A stretch of 64,000 nt of DNA from Eledone cirrhosa (lineage: Eukaryota). Position numbers and translations under genes: made by a program. Within the stretch, counting starts at the first letter, position 1. The number at the start of each line of letters is the position of its first letter. The notes below the pieces were generated by a model. It searched no databases, was not told the DNA's origin, and saw only the letters and a list, made by a program, of their open reading frames with translations. The stretch covers positions 369,644,001-369,708,000 of the forward strand of contig OZ024742.1 of the NCBI GenBank assembly GCA_964016885.1. The letters are read 5' to 3'. Shown piece after piece: positions 1 through 12,262 of the stretch.

Positions 1-2774
1 ACCGGATCCGCCTGCCAGAGGGCGGTGAGCGCCTGGGCACACTCAGTGTGCCAGGCGCCCAGTTTTCTCGGTCTTTGCTTGACCCAGGATTGCAGCTCGG
101 TGAGTGAGACGAGTCTGGGAAAGGTTCGTCTCACAAACGAGGCCCACACCGGTTGTCCGGTGAGGAATACGTAGAGGTGCCGTAGCCTTAATGCGTGTTT
201 ACGCATCATTAGCCACGGCATCCCCAGCCCTCCTTTCGAAGGGTGTTGACAGCAGATGGATCTCCTCACCATAGGAGCCCGCCCCTTCCAAAGGAATTGG
301 AAGAGCGCGCGCTCCATCTTGGTGAGGGTTTCCCTTGGGCAGGGCACTACGGTCAGGCGGTAGTAGATGACGGACGCTATATAAGTGTTCGCCACCTCCG
401 CCCGACCTTTCAGGGATAGTTTGCAACTGGCCCACTTCTGGGTCAGTGCAAACACCCTGTTCGTAACCTCCGCCCAGTTTTTCTCCACCTGGAGGTCCGG
501 TCCGAACCAGACCCCGAGCAACTTCACCGGGCCCTCCGTCCAGCGTCCGACGACGCCATCGGAGGGCATCGGTCTGCCCCTCCACGTGCCGAGTTGCAAA
601 CCGATCGACTTGTCCCGGTTCAGCTTAGCCCCTGTGAACTTTTCGTACTCCTCCAGTAAGGTGCCGACCGCCTCGATTTCGGAGGCCGTCGACACCATTA
701 CTGTCACATCATCGGCGTAGGCTGACACCGCTTTCCGCAATCCCGGTTCCAAAGGGATGCCCTGCAACAACTCCAACTTCCGCAGTAGTGGCTCGAGAGT
801 CAACACATACAGGAGGGAGGAGAGAGGGCACCCTTGTCGGATGGACCGCGCGATTTTGAACGGCTCCGAGAGGTAGCCGTTCACCTTGACCCTAGAGCAG
901 ATGCGGCTGCTGTGCATAGCAGTGATCCAGCCCCTGAAAACGGGTCCGAAGCCTGCCGCCGCTAGCACTGCATCCAGGTAACCATGGTCGACCCTATCGA
1001 ACGCCTTAGATTGATCCAAGTTGATCAGAGCCCCACCAAAGCCGGGTTCGTTCCCAACCCTCTCTATGATGTATCGCATGAGGTGGAGGTTGTCATGGAT
1101 GGACCTGGACGGGATAGCGCATGTCTGCGCATCTCCCACCAGGTTGCCCACGACAAGCGCCAACCTCTTTGCTAGCACCTTGGCCAAAATCTGTAACTCT
1201 GTATTTAGCAGAGTTATGGGCCTGAAGTTACTTATTTCGTCCCCCTTGTTCTCGTCCTTCCTCACTAGCGTGACTACGCCCTTGGTCACAGTACAGGGAA
1301 TTCTCCCGTTCTGTTGCCAGTTGCAGTAGACCGCCTCGAGGAGATCGGGGAACAAGTCCGGCATAGCTAGATATAATTCGTAAGGAAGACCATCGAGACC
1401 CGGGGATTTGCGTTTGCCGCATTGGCCCAGCACGTCCTCTATCTCAGCGGCCGAAATCGGCTCCTCGCAAGACTTCGCCTCCCTGTCCGAGAGGCGCGGC
1501 AGGCCGTCGAGGTATGGACCGAAGTCCACGTTTCCAACCGGCTCCCCGCCCCTCCCGAACAGTCGGGCAAAGTGCCTTTGAAAGGCCTCACACATCTGCT
1601 TAGGCTCAAGAATCGCCCGTCCATCCAGGTCTCGCAAAGACCGGATGGTGGATTTAGTTCCACTGTTGGCCTCTGTCACGCGGGCCCAGCTAACAGCTTT
1701 GGCCCCCTCGTTCCCTAGAGCACGTATTTTACTTCGGACAACGCAGCCTTCGTGCTTCGCGTCGAAAAACTGGCTCAAAGCCGTTCTCGACGCTAGCACT
1801 CTGGCCACGTCGCCGCTTCTAATTGCCTCTTCTACTCTATCTATTAGCTCCCTTTCCTTCCTATTCCTATCCGCAGCTAGAACCTTACTAAATTCAATCG
1901 AGACTACTCTAATCTCTCTCTTTAGAGATACCCACCACCTGCTGTTGACGATCGCTCCAGTCAACCGTTCCTTAACTAACGTACTAATCCGATTCCTGTA
2001 GGCTCTACTTGCCGGCAAGGACAAGTTGAGCTTCCAGTAACCGGGGCCCTGTCTATGCGTTCTATCAAGGTTGACCATGCAGGTCACCAACTTGTGGTCT
2101 GAATAGCCAACCATGAGCATTTCTGGACAACTTAAAAAGTCCCTGTCCTTATTTCTAACTAAAAATCTATCTAGGTACGATCTAGATGATCCGCTGCGAT
2201 TTGACCAAGACCAGGTTGGCACCGTCGGAAAATCTAGTCGAAATCTATCGGCCAGGTCAAATCGGCCGAGTAACCCCTTGAGGTTGTTGCACCCCTCTCT
2301 ATCGGGACATGCCCCTGCATAGTCCCAACGTGCATCCAGGATACCATTCCAATCCCCCACTAAAAGCAGGGAACGGGACGTCCCTAGAAAAGACTCCAGA
2401 CGCTGGAAAAAGTCGGGCCGCTCTGTCCCAAAAGGGGCATATGCGGCTATCAGCCTAAAGGCTCTACCTTCACCACTGCCAAGGTCCAGCACCACCAGTC
2501 GACCCCCTGGGTCCAAGTGAACTATCTGTGTTGCAAGGCCCATATGTTTTTGCAGCAGAACGACAACCCCACCCCCACCTCCGGGCTGACAGAGAGATGC
2601 GTGCATCTCAAAGTCGTCAAAGGTGGGGGCTAGCTGTCGCATGCTGCTGATCCGGGCCTCGCAGATAACCATCACATTTATAGATTGTGACCTGAGGTCA
2701 TTTAGAAGCATTGCTTGCTTCCAAGACGAGCCCAGGCCACGCGCATTTAGACACCCTACTCTTAGCACAGCCAT
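1..2774 (-). CDS. LINE ORF2, APE endonuclease + reverse transcriptase (partial, runs off window)
   Basis: ATG 2774 MAVLRVGCLNARGL (APE start), GDWN, SDH, PGYWKLN, KSPGLDGLP, DQSKAFDRVDH, RQGCPLSP; YADD (TAC at 719-717) is in the same frame as the ATG; absent from the ORF track, consistent with no stop before the edge. Confidence 0.9.
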   Translation of the reverse strand, partial: MAVLRVGCLNARGLGSSWKQAMLLNDLRSQSINVMVICEARISSMRQLAPTFDDFEMHASLCQPGGGGGVVVLLQKHMGLATQIVHLDPGGRLVVLDLGSGEGRAFRLIAAYAPFGTERPDFFQRLESFLGTSRSLLLVGDWNGILDARWDYAGACPDREGCNNLKGLLGRFDLADRFRLDFPTVPTWSWSNRSGSSRSYLDRFLVRNKDRDFLSCPEMLMVGYSDHKLVTCMVNLDRTHRQGPGYWKLNLSLPASRAYRNRISTLVKERLTGAIVNSRWWVSLKREIRVVSIEFSKVLAADRNRKERELIDRVEEAIRSGDVARVLASRTALSQFFDAKHEGCVVRSKIRALGNEGAKAVSWARVTEANSGTKSTIRSLRDLDGRAILEPKQMCEAFQRHFARLFGRGGEPVGNVDFGPYLDGLPRLSDREAKSCEEPISAAEIEDVLGQCGKRKSPGLDGLPYELYLAMPDLFPDLLEAVYCNWQQNGRIPCTVTKGVVTLVRKDENKGDEISNFRPITLLNTELQILAKVLAKRLALVVGNLVGDAQTCAIPSRSIHDNLHLMRYIIERVGNEPGFGGALINLDQSKAFDRVDHGYLDAVLAAAGFGPVFRGWITAMHSSRICSRVKVNGYLSEPFKIARSIRQGCPLSSLLYVLTLEPLLRKLELLQGIPLEPGLRKAVSAYADDVTVMVSTASEIEAVGTLLEEYEKFTGAKLNRDKSIGLQLGTWRGRPMPSDGVVGRWTEGPVKLLGVWFGPDLQVEKNWAEVTNRVFALTQKWASCKLSLKGRAEVANTYIASVIYYRLTVVPCPRETLTKMERALFQFLWKGRAPMVRRSICCQHPSKGGLGMPWLMMRKHALRLRHLYVFLTGQPVWASFVRRTFPRLVSLTELQSWVKQRPRKLGAWHTECAQALTALWQADP

Positions 2775-2798
2775 GTTGGTGGTAAAGAGAAAAGGCAC

Positions 2799-4435
2799 TT
2801 ACCTCTCTGCGTCCCGGGAAACGGGCCGCTCAATTTCCATGCTGGTTGGGGATGGGTTGTTGGGTGGGGTTGTGGTTTGTGGAAGTGAAGGGGCATCGGT
2901 GTGTTGTGGGGTTGGGGTGTTTGTCGTTGAGTGGGTGTCTGGGTGAGGTGGGGGGGTGAAATTTTTTAGGAGGACGCGGTTGATTGGTTTGGCGCAGGGG
3001 GGGCCCACGTCCTCCGTGAAATTTATTTTCAGTGTTTTGTACAAGTGCATTGGGACTTTTATCATTTTCAAATGAGGTAGTCCCACAGCAGTTATAAAGT
3101 TTGGCCCTTCGGTTTGGACCGAAGGGTTTGCTGAAATTGTTTTCCGTAATTCTTTGTTGTCTGTGTTCATGTATGTGTATTGTAATGTCTTTTTTTGTGT
3201 AGCAGTTAGTGTTGTGTGACAGGGAGGGGTGGTTTGTGTGTAGTTTGTGTTCTCTTGGGGGGGATTAAAGTTAACATGTGTGTCTGTGGTGCGTCTCCTC
3301 TTCTTTCTTTTTACTTGTTGGAAGGGATCTTTTTCGTCTTGCGACGAAAGAGGTTCGTCTTCCTTGTTGGGTGGGAGGGGTATGTTTTCTGGTAGTGTTT
3401 GCGGTGTGCGTGTTTTTGTATTTGTTTTGGGTGGGGAGGGATTGGGTGGGACAGTATTCTGTGTTATTTTTTCACGTGTTTGTTGTTGTGGTGGTGGTGG
3501 TGGTGGGGTTGTTGGTTTTTGTTGTTGTTGTGGTTGTTTTTGTTGTTGTAGTTGGGGTGGTGTTGGTGTTGGTAGCAGTGTTTTTTTCTGTGTGAGCTGG
3601 GGACAGGCAGCCCTCAGGTGACCTCTATTGCCACAGAGGTAACAGGAGGGACGCCTACCCTCCACAATGATGTTGAGGTGGGTACGGTCATCCAGCATGA
3701 CGCGCTCAGGGATTTGGGCGATGCGTTCTGGCCTTATTTGGGTCAGAACTTCGATGCTCGTTCCACTGAACGCGTCGCCGGATGCCTTCCCTATTGAGAT
3801 GAGGTTGTCCTCGTCTAAATTGAGGAAACCGGTTAGTAACCACCAGTAGTTTATGTTTGGGGTGATGGTGGTTATCCATATCCTCTGGGTTTTTTTACCC
3901 ATGTAGGTAGGGAAGAAGGTGTAGTGTGTGGACCGAATTGGCGACACAGAGTATTTTTTTGCCGCCAATTCGTCTTTCATCAATATGGATAAACTCCCAT
4001 AGAGTTTATCCTTTTGTATGAAAGTGATGTCTCTCATCGCGTCTTTCAAGACTAACTGAGTTTCCGCTTGAGATGGTTGCGCTGGTTTCTTTGTTTTATT
4101 TAAAATTGTTCGGAATACGACAGTTCGTAATTCCGTCTGTCTTTTTAGCTCCGGAGGTGAATGTATAGAAAACGATCCGTTTTCGCCAAAAGACACATAT
4201 TTCTTGGCTTTTTCCAGCATTTCTTTTGCTTTTGAAATATCTTCCAGCACATAAGCGACTGATAATTTAGCCGTTTGTGCAAAAGATATTTTGTTTTCGT
4301 TTTGGATATTAGTATTGTTTTGTTTCTCGTCGTTTGAGTTGTTTTCATCTTTGTTGTTGTTGTTGTCTTTCTCGTTTCGTGTGTGGATACTTGTGACGTT
4401 TGTGTTGTTGTTGTTTTTGTTGTCTTTATTGTTGC

Positions 4436-4466
<31 letters not shown>

Positions 4467-4646
4467 GTTGTTTTCAAATTCTTGTGTAGTTGTGGCTACA
4501 TCTAGTGGTCGGTCAACAGGTGAAGACAATTCTTCCTCTCTCTGACCTCTGCCTTTGGCATCTGCTGCTGTGACAGTGGCAGGGGGAAGCTGTGAGTATG
4601 ACTTCCCCTTTCCTTCTTTGATTGATGGTGAAGATGATTCAGCCAT
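2799..4646 (-). CDS. LINE ORF1 (gag-like nucleic-acid-binding protein)
   Basis: Open frame from ATG 4646 (MAESS...); zinc knuckle CYLCGNRGHLRAAC; Asn-rich and Pro/Gln-rich low-complexity segments; basic KRKKRRR patch. Confidence 0.85.
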
Positions 4647-5110
4647 TTTTCTCAAAATAGGGTTTTTCGAAGTTTTTCGAAAGATAAAATGTTCACAATA
4701 CTATTTCGCCCAAAGGCGCAGAATATTTTGAGAGACCGACCAGATCAAAATTTGACCTGGCAGTCCCTCTACAAAATGATACAAAAATGAAAGTTTACAG
4801 TTTACAATTTCCGTATGAATTTAAACAAAAACTTACCGAGCGAGCTCAGCACATGTGTCCATCGTAGAGAGATAGATAGATAGATATGTAGGGGTCGAAG
4901 AAATGGGAGAGAGTGGTTTGAAGAATACAGATAGCGTAATCTAAATGTTGTGATAGGGGTCCAACAAGTGGTTTTATTATACTGCTTACTCTCAAAGTGA
5001 CAAGTTAGGCATTGTGCTGATATTGTCAAGTTTGGAATTATTTATTGCCACAGAGAGCAGGTTAATAGATGTGGAGAAGGAGGGAGATAGACAGAGAGAG
5101 AGAGAGGGAA

Positions 5111-5189
<79 letters not shown>

Positions 5190-5494
5190 AAAAGAGGGAG
5201 AGGGGACAGAAAAAAGCTAAGAGAAGAGGAAGGAAAGGCGATATACATCGAGTTCATAGTTGTAGTTTGCTGATCGCACTTAAGTATCCATTTATTACGA
5301 TAAACAAGGTACTGGCTTGTAGTGTGTGTGTGGTGGGGGGGGGGGGGGGATATAGTTAGGAAGTATTATTGAGTGAAATTAGTTAGCGAGAAAGTGGTGT
5401 AGTAGTCTCGGGTTCATATTATGTTAAGTTACTTTTATAGTGAGAAAATTTAGCCTTCAGTTTGTGGTTGCAGTATAACGATCGTTCGATTCTG

Positions 5495-7742
5495 TCATTT
5501 AGTAAGTTTTTTTTTAGATTTTAAGATATAAAAGAGTTCAAGGTTGCATAATCTGCAGTACTTCAATCCACTGCGATATGCACTAGCGCTGGATAATTTA
5601 TCCCATTTTAGGGTGAACTGCCGGTTGTATTCGCGGAATTGACAGGTCTTGTTGGCGAGCGTGGTTACGTAACGGTGTTCAGGATGTTTAATCGAAAATC
5701 GATGACGATACCAGCGTGATTTAAAGGAGGTAGTGGTAGACCCAACGTAATACCATTTCTGGTCGTTTGATTTAACAGTGCATTGATAAACAATGTTGGA
5801 CTCTAGGCATTTATTCTTCAATGGGCATCTTTAGGGTAGGTGGCAGTTGCAGTTTTTGTTATGGGTAACAGCTGTACCATGGATAGGTTGGGTTGTGTAA
5901 TACTTGTCTCCCATTTGGTGGTTTGGAGGCTGATATTACGTTATGCTCATCTGTTTCTAAACTATTTTGTTTTGTAGTGTTGTTTAATAATCGCTTTAAG
6001 TTAAATATTTTTAATGTATGCTTCAAGGTTTGGTGCAGTGGAGTATGATAGCTTAACAGTCTTAGAGTTTAGAATTTTACTGTATTTATGGGAATTAGGG
6101 AAATGCTTATTAATTAACTTAAAGAATGAAAGAGATAGTTTCGTACTAATCGAAGCATTAAAAATGGGATTATACCAGATATACTTTCTACAACGTAATT
6201 TATTTGAGTTTGGTGATGATTTTCTATTATTAGTATGTCTGGTGGTATTGCGTGTATGCGCTTGTATTTCTGTACCCCGGTTACATATTCTTCGATTTCG
6301 TGTGTTGCTATGTGTGCTCTGGGGATTCTTATCAATGTATTCTATTTTATCCCGGTGGTCAGCATTCCTTAATGCGTTATTAGAGTATTCTTCATGTTCA
6401 CTGAAAATCTGAGAGTTAGACGATAGGCGAGAGATTCTGAGAGAAATACTACGAGGAACCGATTTGATCATGGAAAGTGGGTGATTTGAGTTGTAATTAA
6501 TATAGGTAAGGTTCTCATTTATCTTGTGGAAGGGTCGTATCAGTCCTGTATTCAAATTAAGAGTTACGTCTATAATATTCACTACTTTAAGATTGTATTC
6601 GTACGTTATTTTCAGACCCAGTTCACTAAAAGATTTTCTAATGTTTTTCCGTAGCCTTTCAAGATTTTGGTTAAGTTATTAACTAATAGAAGCGCGTCGT
6701 CTCTATATATTCCCCCCTGTAGATTATTAGATTTTTCATGTAGTATGTGGGCTATGTAAATTCCCACAAGATCCGTGACCTACGCTGAATCATTGGAGCC
6801 CATGGTGATGTCGAAGTTTGTGGGTCTATCCTTACGCTCCCAGTAGCAGTTATCAAACTTGATAATAGTTTTTCTAGCCCCTAGAATAATATTAATTTCG
6901 TCCTCCGTTAGGTCGGAATTGACCTTGGCAAACGATAGGGCCTTACGTAAAGTACTGGGTGAGATTGAAGAGTAGTATTCGTCTATATCGAATTGTATAA
7001 ACTTAGACTTAACGCTATTAAACCAGCGAATTGCTTCGCTAGTGTTGCCTCATAATTTAATTTCTATTTTCTTTTTCAATTGAGTTATTACCCTGTCAAG
7101 TATATGTTAGCTAATTTTTCCTATGTCTAATTTAGAAGGGCATATAAGTCTAATCTTAGGGTTAGAGTCAAAATTTACCTTAGGGTCCTTCAGGTTAAAG
7201 GTGGGGGTTACCGGTATAATCGGCTCGGTTCTATCGTCTATCTTGAGATTTTTCACTATTTTATATGCTTCGTTGTTAATGTTTGTTAGTGTAGTTTCAC
7301 TTGTTTTCCTATATTTCTTATGTAGTTCCTTACGTATGAAGCCGTTGTATGTATCGATATCCATGGTATACACGTTAGAGGTCTTGTCCGCTTTCACAAC
7401 AATTCCATTGGTATTTTGCAGTCTTCGGAAAAGTGCTTTCATGTCGTTCTGCAGCGCATTCCTTCTATGTTTAGTAAACTTGATCTTCATGACCATGTTC
7501 ATCAAGTCTTGTTCGAAAGCATCGAGATGGGGCTTTGTGGGTGGGTTTTTACATGATTTAAAGCCATATGATTCATTGATTGATCCAAACGAGTGACTAG
7601 CGTGTCCTTTATCGAAATGGAAAGCTTTCCATCTTACGCACCGAATAAAGTCATTAGTACGTTGTATCATACCAAGAATGTATTCCCTTTTGTTAGGTAC
7701 GGGTATGTTTTTAAGTGACATACCTATATGATGTCTTTCCAT
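5495..7742 (-). pseudogene. PLE RT-GIY-YIG polyprotein, broken by stops/frameshifts
   Basis: ORFs 7107-7742, 6001-6582 and 5495-5821 are collinear pieces homologous to the PLEs at 17439 and 46323. Confidence 0.85.
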
Positions 7743-8003
7743 ATTATTGCCGTATGTCGGTGTGGTTACTCAACTGTGCAGGAGGCGATTATTAGGTTAT
7801 GCAAGAAATGCTTAGGATTATCTTGGATGCAGTAATGGTTAATTACTACACTAGATAGAGTCGACGTACGCTGAGGGGTTACTCAACAAGTTATGAAAGA
7901 ACAGTTAAAGAAACTCAGTTTCCGATTCTTCAGTATTCCGGAGTGTAGATAAAGAATGAATAATAAAACAGGTAGACATCATAAAAAGGTAATTTAATCC
8001 GAG

Positions 8004-8123
8004 TGCTTACAAATGTTTCTACAGTAGTTACACAGCCTAGTCATGCTATGTGCAAATTGGTAGTTATTTATTTGCAGATACTCAATTTTCAAATGCTGTT
8101 TATTCTACCATGTCTTCAGACCA
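8004..8123 (-). ncRNA. Type I hammerhead ribozyme, large stem II insert, probably degenerate
   Basis: tggt-CTGAAGA-catggtag...ctactgta-GAAA-catttg-TA-agca; mismatches in stem I and at the base of stem II. Confidence 0.55.
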
Positions 8124-8209
8124 AATGGCTAAAGTGTAAATACCCTTGTATTTATTAAAGGGAGTTATTGGGGAAGATAGAGTAGAAAAGGAAGAGAGAA
8201 AGAAGGGGA

Positions 8210-8291
<82 letters not shown>

Positions 8292-8659
8292 TAGGGGTCG
8301 AAGAAATGGGAGAGAGTGGTTTGAAGAATACAGATAGCTTAATCTAAATGTTGTGATAGGGGTCCAACAAGTGGTTTTATTATACTGCTTACTCTCAAAG
8401 TGACAACTTAGGCATTGTGTTGATATTGTCAAGTTTGGAATTATTTATTGCCACAGAGAGCAGGTTGATAGATGTGGAGAAGGAGGGAGATAGACAGAGA
8501 GAGAGACAGAGAGGGAGAGAGAGAGAGAGAGGGAGACAGAAAAAAGCTAATTGGAGCACTCGACGAAGTACGCAGGTTGGTTTGTTTACTCCGGAGTAAT
8601 ATAAAATAATTAAGTCAAATATGAAAAATTAGGCTTCGTTTATTATAAATTATAGATAT

Positions 8660-8695
8660 ACTGCTATATATATTTCGGTGACCTCTTCAGGCAGT
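8660..8695 (-). ncRNA. Minimal type I hammerhead ribozyme
   Basis: actgc-CTGAAGA-gg tca cc-GAAA-tatata-TA-gcagt; palindromic stem III. Confidence 0.8.
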
Positions 8696-8926
8696 CCGAA
8701 TTGCTTCAGAAAAAATACCTATAGACTTTTGACTGAGGAATGTTCTCACAACTGACCAATGGGATGCGAGCGTGTCCTATGACGCCGAAATTTGTTTGTT
8801 CTAACCCATATGATTCCAGTTCCTCAGAAGAATAACAACACAACCAGGAGCTGGACATATCGATGTATTGACGGAGTAAAACACACTTCAACAACATGTG
8901 AACCTGTCTTTCCCACACCAATTCGA

Positions 8927-8981
8927 ACTGCCTGAAGAGGTCACACCCAATGATGGCTGTCACCGAAATATATATAGCAGT
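8927..8981 (+). ncRNA. Type I hammerhead ribozyme (inverted copy with 19-nt loop II insertion)
   Basis: actgc-CTGAAGA-ggtcacacccaatgatggctgtcacc-GAAA-tatata-TA-gcagt; lies in an inverted repeat ~8600-8703 / ~8919-9040. Confidence 0.7.
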
Positions 8982-9032
8982 ATATCTATAATTTATAATA
9001 AACGAAGCCAAATTTTACATATTTGACTTAAT

Positions 9033-9091
<59 letters not shown>

Positions 9092-9094
<3 letters not shown>

Positions 9095-9520
9095 CACTTT
9101 TGAGCTAACTTTTGGGATGCTCCCATACAGCTCTGAGTTTTTCATCCTCAGTGTATACTGATTAATGTTCAGAGCCATGCTCAGCATTCTCGTGTAGCAC
9201 CCATCCACCATCTGAGTGAGTTTCTTGGTCACTGTCCAAGTCTCAGACCCATACAGCAGCACAGACTCCACTACAGCAATGAAGAGGAGACTGAGGTTAG
9301 CTGGACATGCTCACCGACATCCAGAGTTGACATTGCACTCAGTGCTCCTTTGGGAGCCCCTACATGGACACACTAGAAGAGGAAGACCAAGGTTAACGTA
9401 TGTTGATGCCCTAAGGACAGACACTGGTCTGTTGGAGACGCAGGACATGGCAGCGATAATGAGGGACAGAGACCGCTGGAGAGAACTCGTCCATGGATCT
9501 CAGGAATTTTACCCGCCTTA

Positions 9521-9521
<1 letters not shown>
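9092..9521. mobile_element. RTE-like LINE 3' fragment with inverted 5' segment
   Basis: Minus-strand ESVLLYGSETWT (9092-9278) abutting plus-strand RRLRLAGH..RGRPRLTY..DRDRW (9279-9521). Confidence 0.75.
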
Positions 9522-9562
<41 letters not shown>

Positions 9563-9565
<3 letters not shown>

Positions 9566-9755
9566 AAAATGTTTGACCCCGACGGCAGAACTCAAGCCGT
9601 TTCGACGGCTATTTCTGGACAGAAATAGCCGTCGAAACGGCTTGAGCTCTGCCGTCGGGGTCAAACATTTTCCTATTACCCACTATACTACCCTAAGTAT
9701 TGAGTACTCTGGTGCGTTATGGTCCATCTGGTTCCTTACCACTCTTCCTTCGTTA
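9563..9755 (+). mobile_element. Mini PLE insertion (inverted stub + direct pseudo-LTR end) in (TA)n
   Basis: Homologous to 49645-49782; 9563-9615 is the reverse complement of 9620-9673. Confidence 0.8.
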
Positions 9756-9776
9756 TATATATATATATATATATAT

Positions 9777-10385
9777 ATGAAGGCTGGAAGATCACTGATG
9801 AAGGACTAAATTTATTCATATGTAACCCATGTTCAACCACGCAGCACGCCATTTTTCATATATTTATATTTTTTCCTCCGCTGCGACTTGTCTGTTTCTT
9901 TCTTACTGCTTCCCCTTTCTCTGTATCTCTCACCTTCTTTTTACCCTCTCTGCCAGTCACTCTCTCTCCGCTGGCCTCTTCCTCACACTTTCTCTCACTC
10001 ACTCTCTGCTTCTCCCCCTCTCTCACTTCCTCCCGTTTGACCTGTGTGAAATCCTTTTCTCGCTCACATCTCACACAGGTCGGATAGTCTGTATCTCTCT
10101 TCGTCTATGATTTGACAGAACTTAAGTTCACAGATATCACGGACTTGTTTCTCCTCTTCCTATCTTTCCGTTGCATTACCATCTTTGTTTGTTTACATGT
10201 CTCGCTCGCTTCACCCTATTTTACGTGTCCCAATAACTTTCTTTAGTTATTGCTCGCACCAACCAAAGGTATAGGATCTTTAAAGCGAAGAAATACCAAT
10301 GAAGGCTGGAAGATCACTGATGAAGGACTAATTTTATTCATATGTAAGCCACGTGCAACCACGCAGCACGCCATTTTTCATATAT
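9777..10385 (+). repeat. Non-autonomous element with ~85-bp terminal direct repeats
   Basis: atgaaggctggaagatcactgatgaaggacta...cacgccatttttcata at 9777-9860 and 10299-10382; pyrimidine-rich spacer; flanked by (TA)n. Confidence 0.6.
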
Positions 10386-10590
10386 ATATATATAGTAATA
10401 ATAATTAATTTGAAGACTAAAATCCAAAGAGTGCTCGATAAGGATAAATATATATCAAATATATAAGAACCCTAGAGCAAATATTTATTAAAATAACAGA
10501 TTAAAGTTTAAGCAAAGAATCGCTGCTTCACCCTTAACGGGATATTCTGAAACTAAAAAAATCAATCTGTATATATGTATATATATGTAT

Positions 10591-10624
<34 letters not shown>

Positions 10625-11354
10625 ATATAGGAAAATATTCAAGACCCCGACAGCATATAACTGTGTCCATTTGTAATGTTATGAATATTTAAAATCAGTT
10701 ACATATATCAAACTATTTTATAACTAAAACAAATAAACTTGTAGATTGCTTATTTACCATTCACCACAACCACCAGATTATATGAAATTAATAGTGGCTA
10801 CTATGTGGTTACACTGTCTACCTAAAACAAATCTACCTAAAATCACATCATGTTACCTTAAAATACGGGGGACATATTGGATAATGCATGTATTTAATCT
10901 TTTATAACTAGTAATATCGCGTATAATTATTTCCACTTTTGTTTTCCTATATATATATTTTAGAGAAGGGCCTTAAATTTCATATAGGTTCGGGTAGAGG
11001 TTCACAAACTCACCCCACGGCCACGTAATACCCTCAACGCCCCCAACCCTATTTCTAGAGAGACCTGCTTACACGCAAATTGTAAATAATAATAAACAAA
11101 ATAGTTAATTTATATATAATAAATAATATAATATATACTATGTATAAATATATATATATTATATTTTACTGTATTTATATATAATATGTATTATTTAATA
11201 TTTAGTGAGCTATTATATAATATCTACCGCCCTCTTAGGCTCCACCAGCCCCTGCACCTTCTCAATGTCTCCCCCTGGGGGAGCGGTAGTGCCCACTTTC
11301 AGAATCTCTGGGTTATAGCTTCAGCAGGATAATGTCTCGATCTGCTTAATAGGG

Positions 11355-11444
<90 letters not shown>

Positions 11445-11490
11445 TACATTCGTTACTTCTTTTCTCTTTCATATTTTTATTAAAAATGTA

Positions 11491-11873
11491 TACTCTCTGG
11501 TCCCTAATAATAGAGTATGTGTGCAGGGGGGATAAGCGGGGAAGGCGCAAAAAATTGGTAATTTTTCTAGGTTATCTCCCTTGATGTTTTCAAAAACCAG
11601 AATGTGTTTAGTTTATATGAGACCCCAACCCATCCTATTTATTCTATAAGATATGGGATTTCTAGTAATGTACTTTATTTGTCATGTTTTTTAAATGTCT
11701 AAAGAAAACTAACAGTCGCATGAATGCAGCCAATTAAAATAGAATTTCACTGAAGATAAATTAGCAAAATTTAATAAGCGGGGTGGGGTAGGGGCAGGTG
11801 GTGGTGTTGGTGAGGAGTTGGAATAATTTGAAAAATTAATAAGGGGTGGCGGATTATTCGAGACCCGAGAGTA
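11491..11873. mobile_element. MITE with ~21-bp imperfect terminal inverted repeats
   Basis: tactctctggtccctaataat ... attattcgagacccgagagta. Confidence 0.6.
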
Positions 11874-12085
11874 ATTTAATTAAAGTATTTTCTCGCGACG
11901 AATTGGATTGTAAAAATAAATAACTAGAGTTATCTTCCTTACATCTGTCTCGGAATAATGGCGATACAACATAGAATAGCCTGACATTGTTTCAATTAGA
12001 TAATACCAATGTGGAATTACTATTAACTCCTTCTTCTTCTTCTTCTTCTTCTTCTTCTTCTTCTTCTTCTTCTTCTTCTTCTTCT

Positions 12086-12159
<74 letters not shown>

Positions 12160-12164
12160 ATATA

Positions 12165-12262
<98 letters not shown>

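Larger units (their letters stand above)
1..4868 (-). mobile_element. L1/Tx1-clade LINE, 5' UTR + ORF1 + ORF2 (3' part outside window)
   Basis: Two-ORF layout; CCHC knuckle in ORF1; APE and RT motifs in ORF2; 5' boundary approximate, abutting a (CT/CTAT)n tract. Confidence 0.9.
4884..8550 (-). mobile_element. Penelope-like element (probably Nematis-type), degenerate, with direct-repeat pseudo-LTRs
   Basis: ORF pieces SLKNIPVP..RWKA, KADKT, GGIYRDDAL (~6695-6720), DVTLNL, YYVGST..FKSRW, CRLC; 4884-5220 repeated at 8289-8550. Confidence 0.9.

Noticed and set aside
7905-7940. Minus-strand CTGAAGA-atcg-GAAA motif (also ccgatga near 58260)
   Set aside because: No stem II pairing at the first and no GAAA at the second; stem I unconvincing
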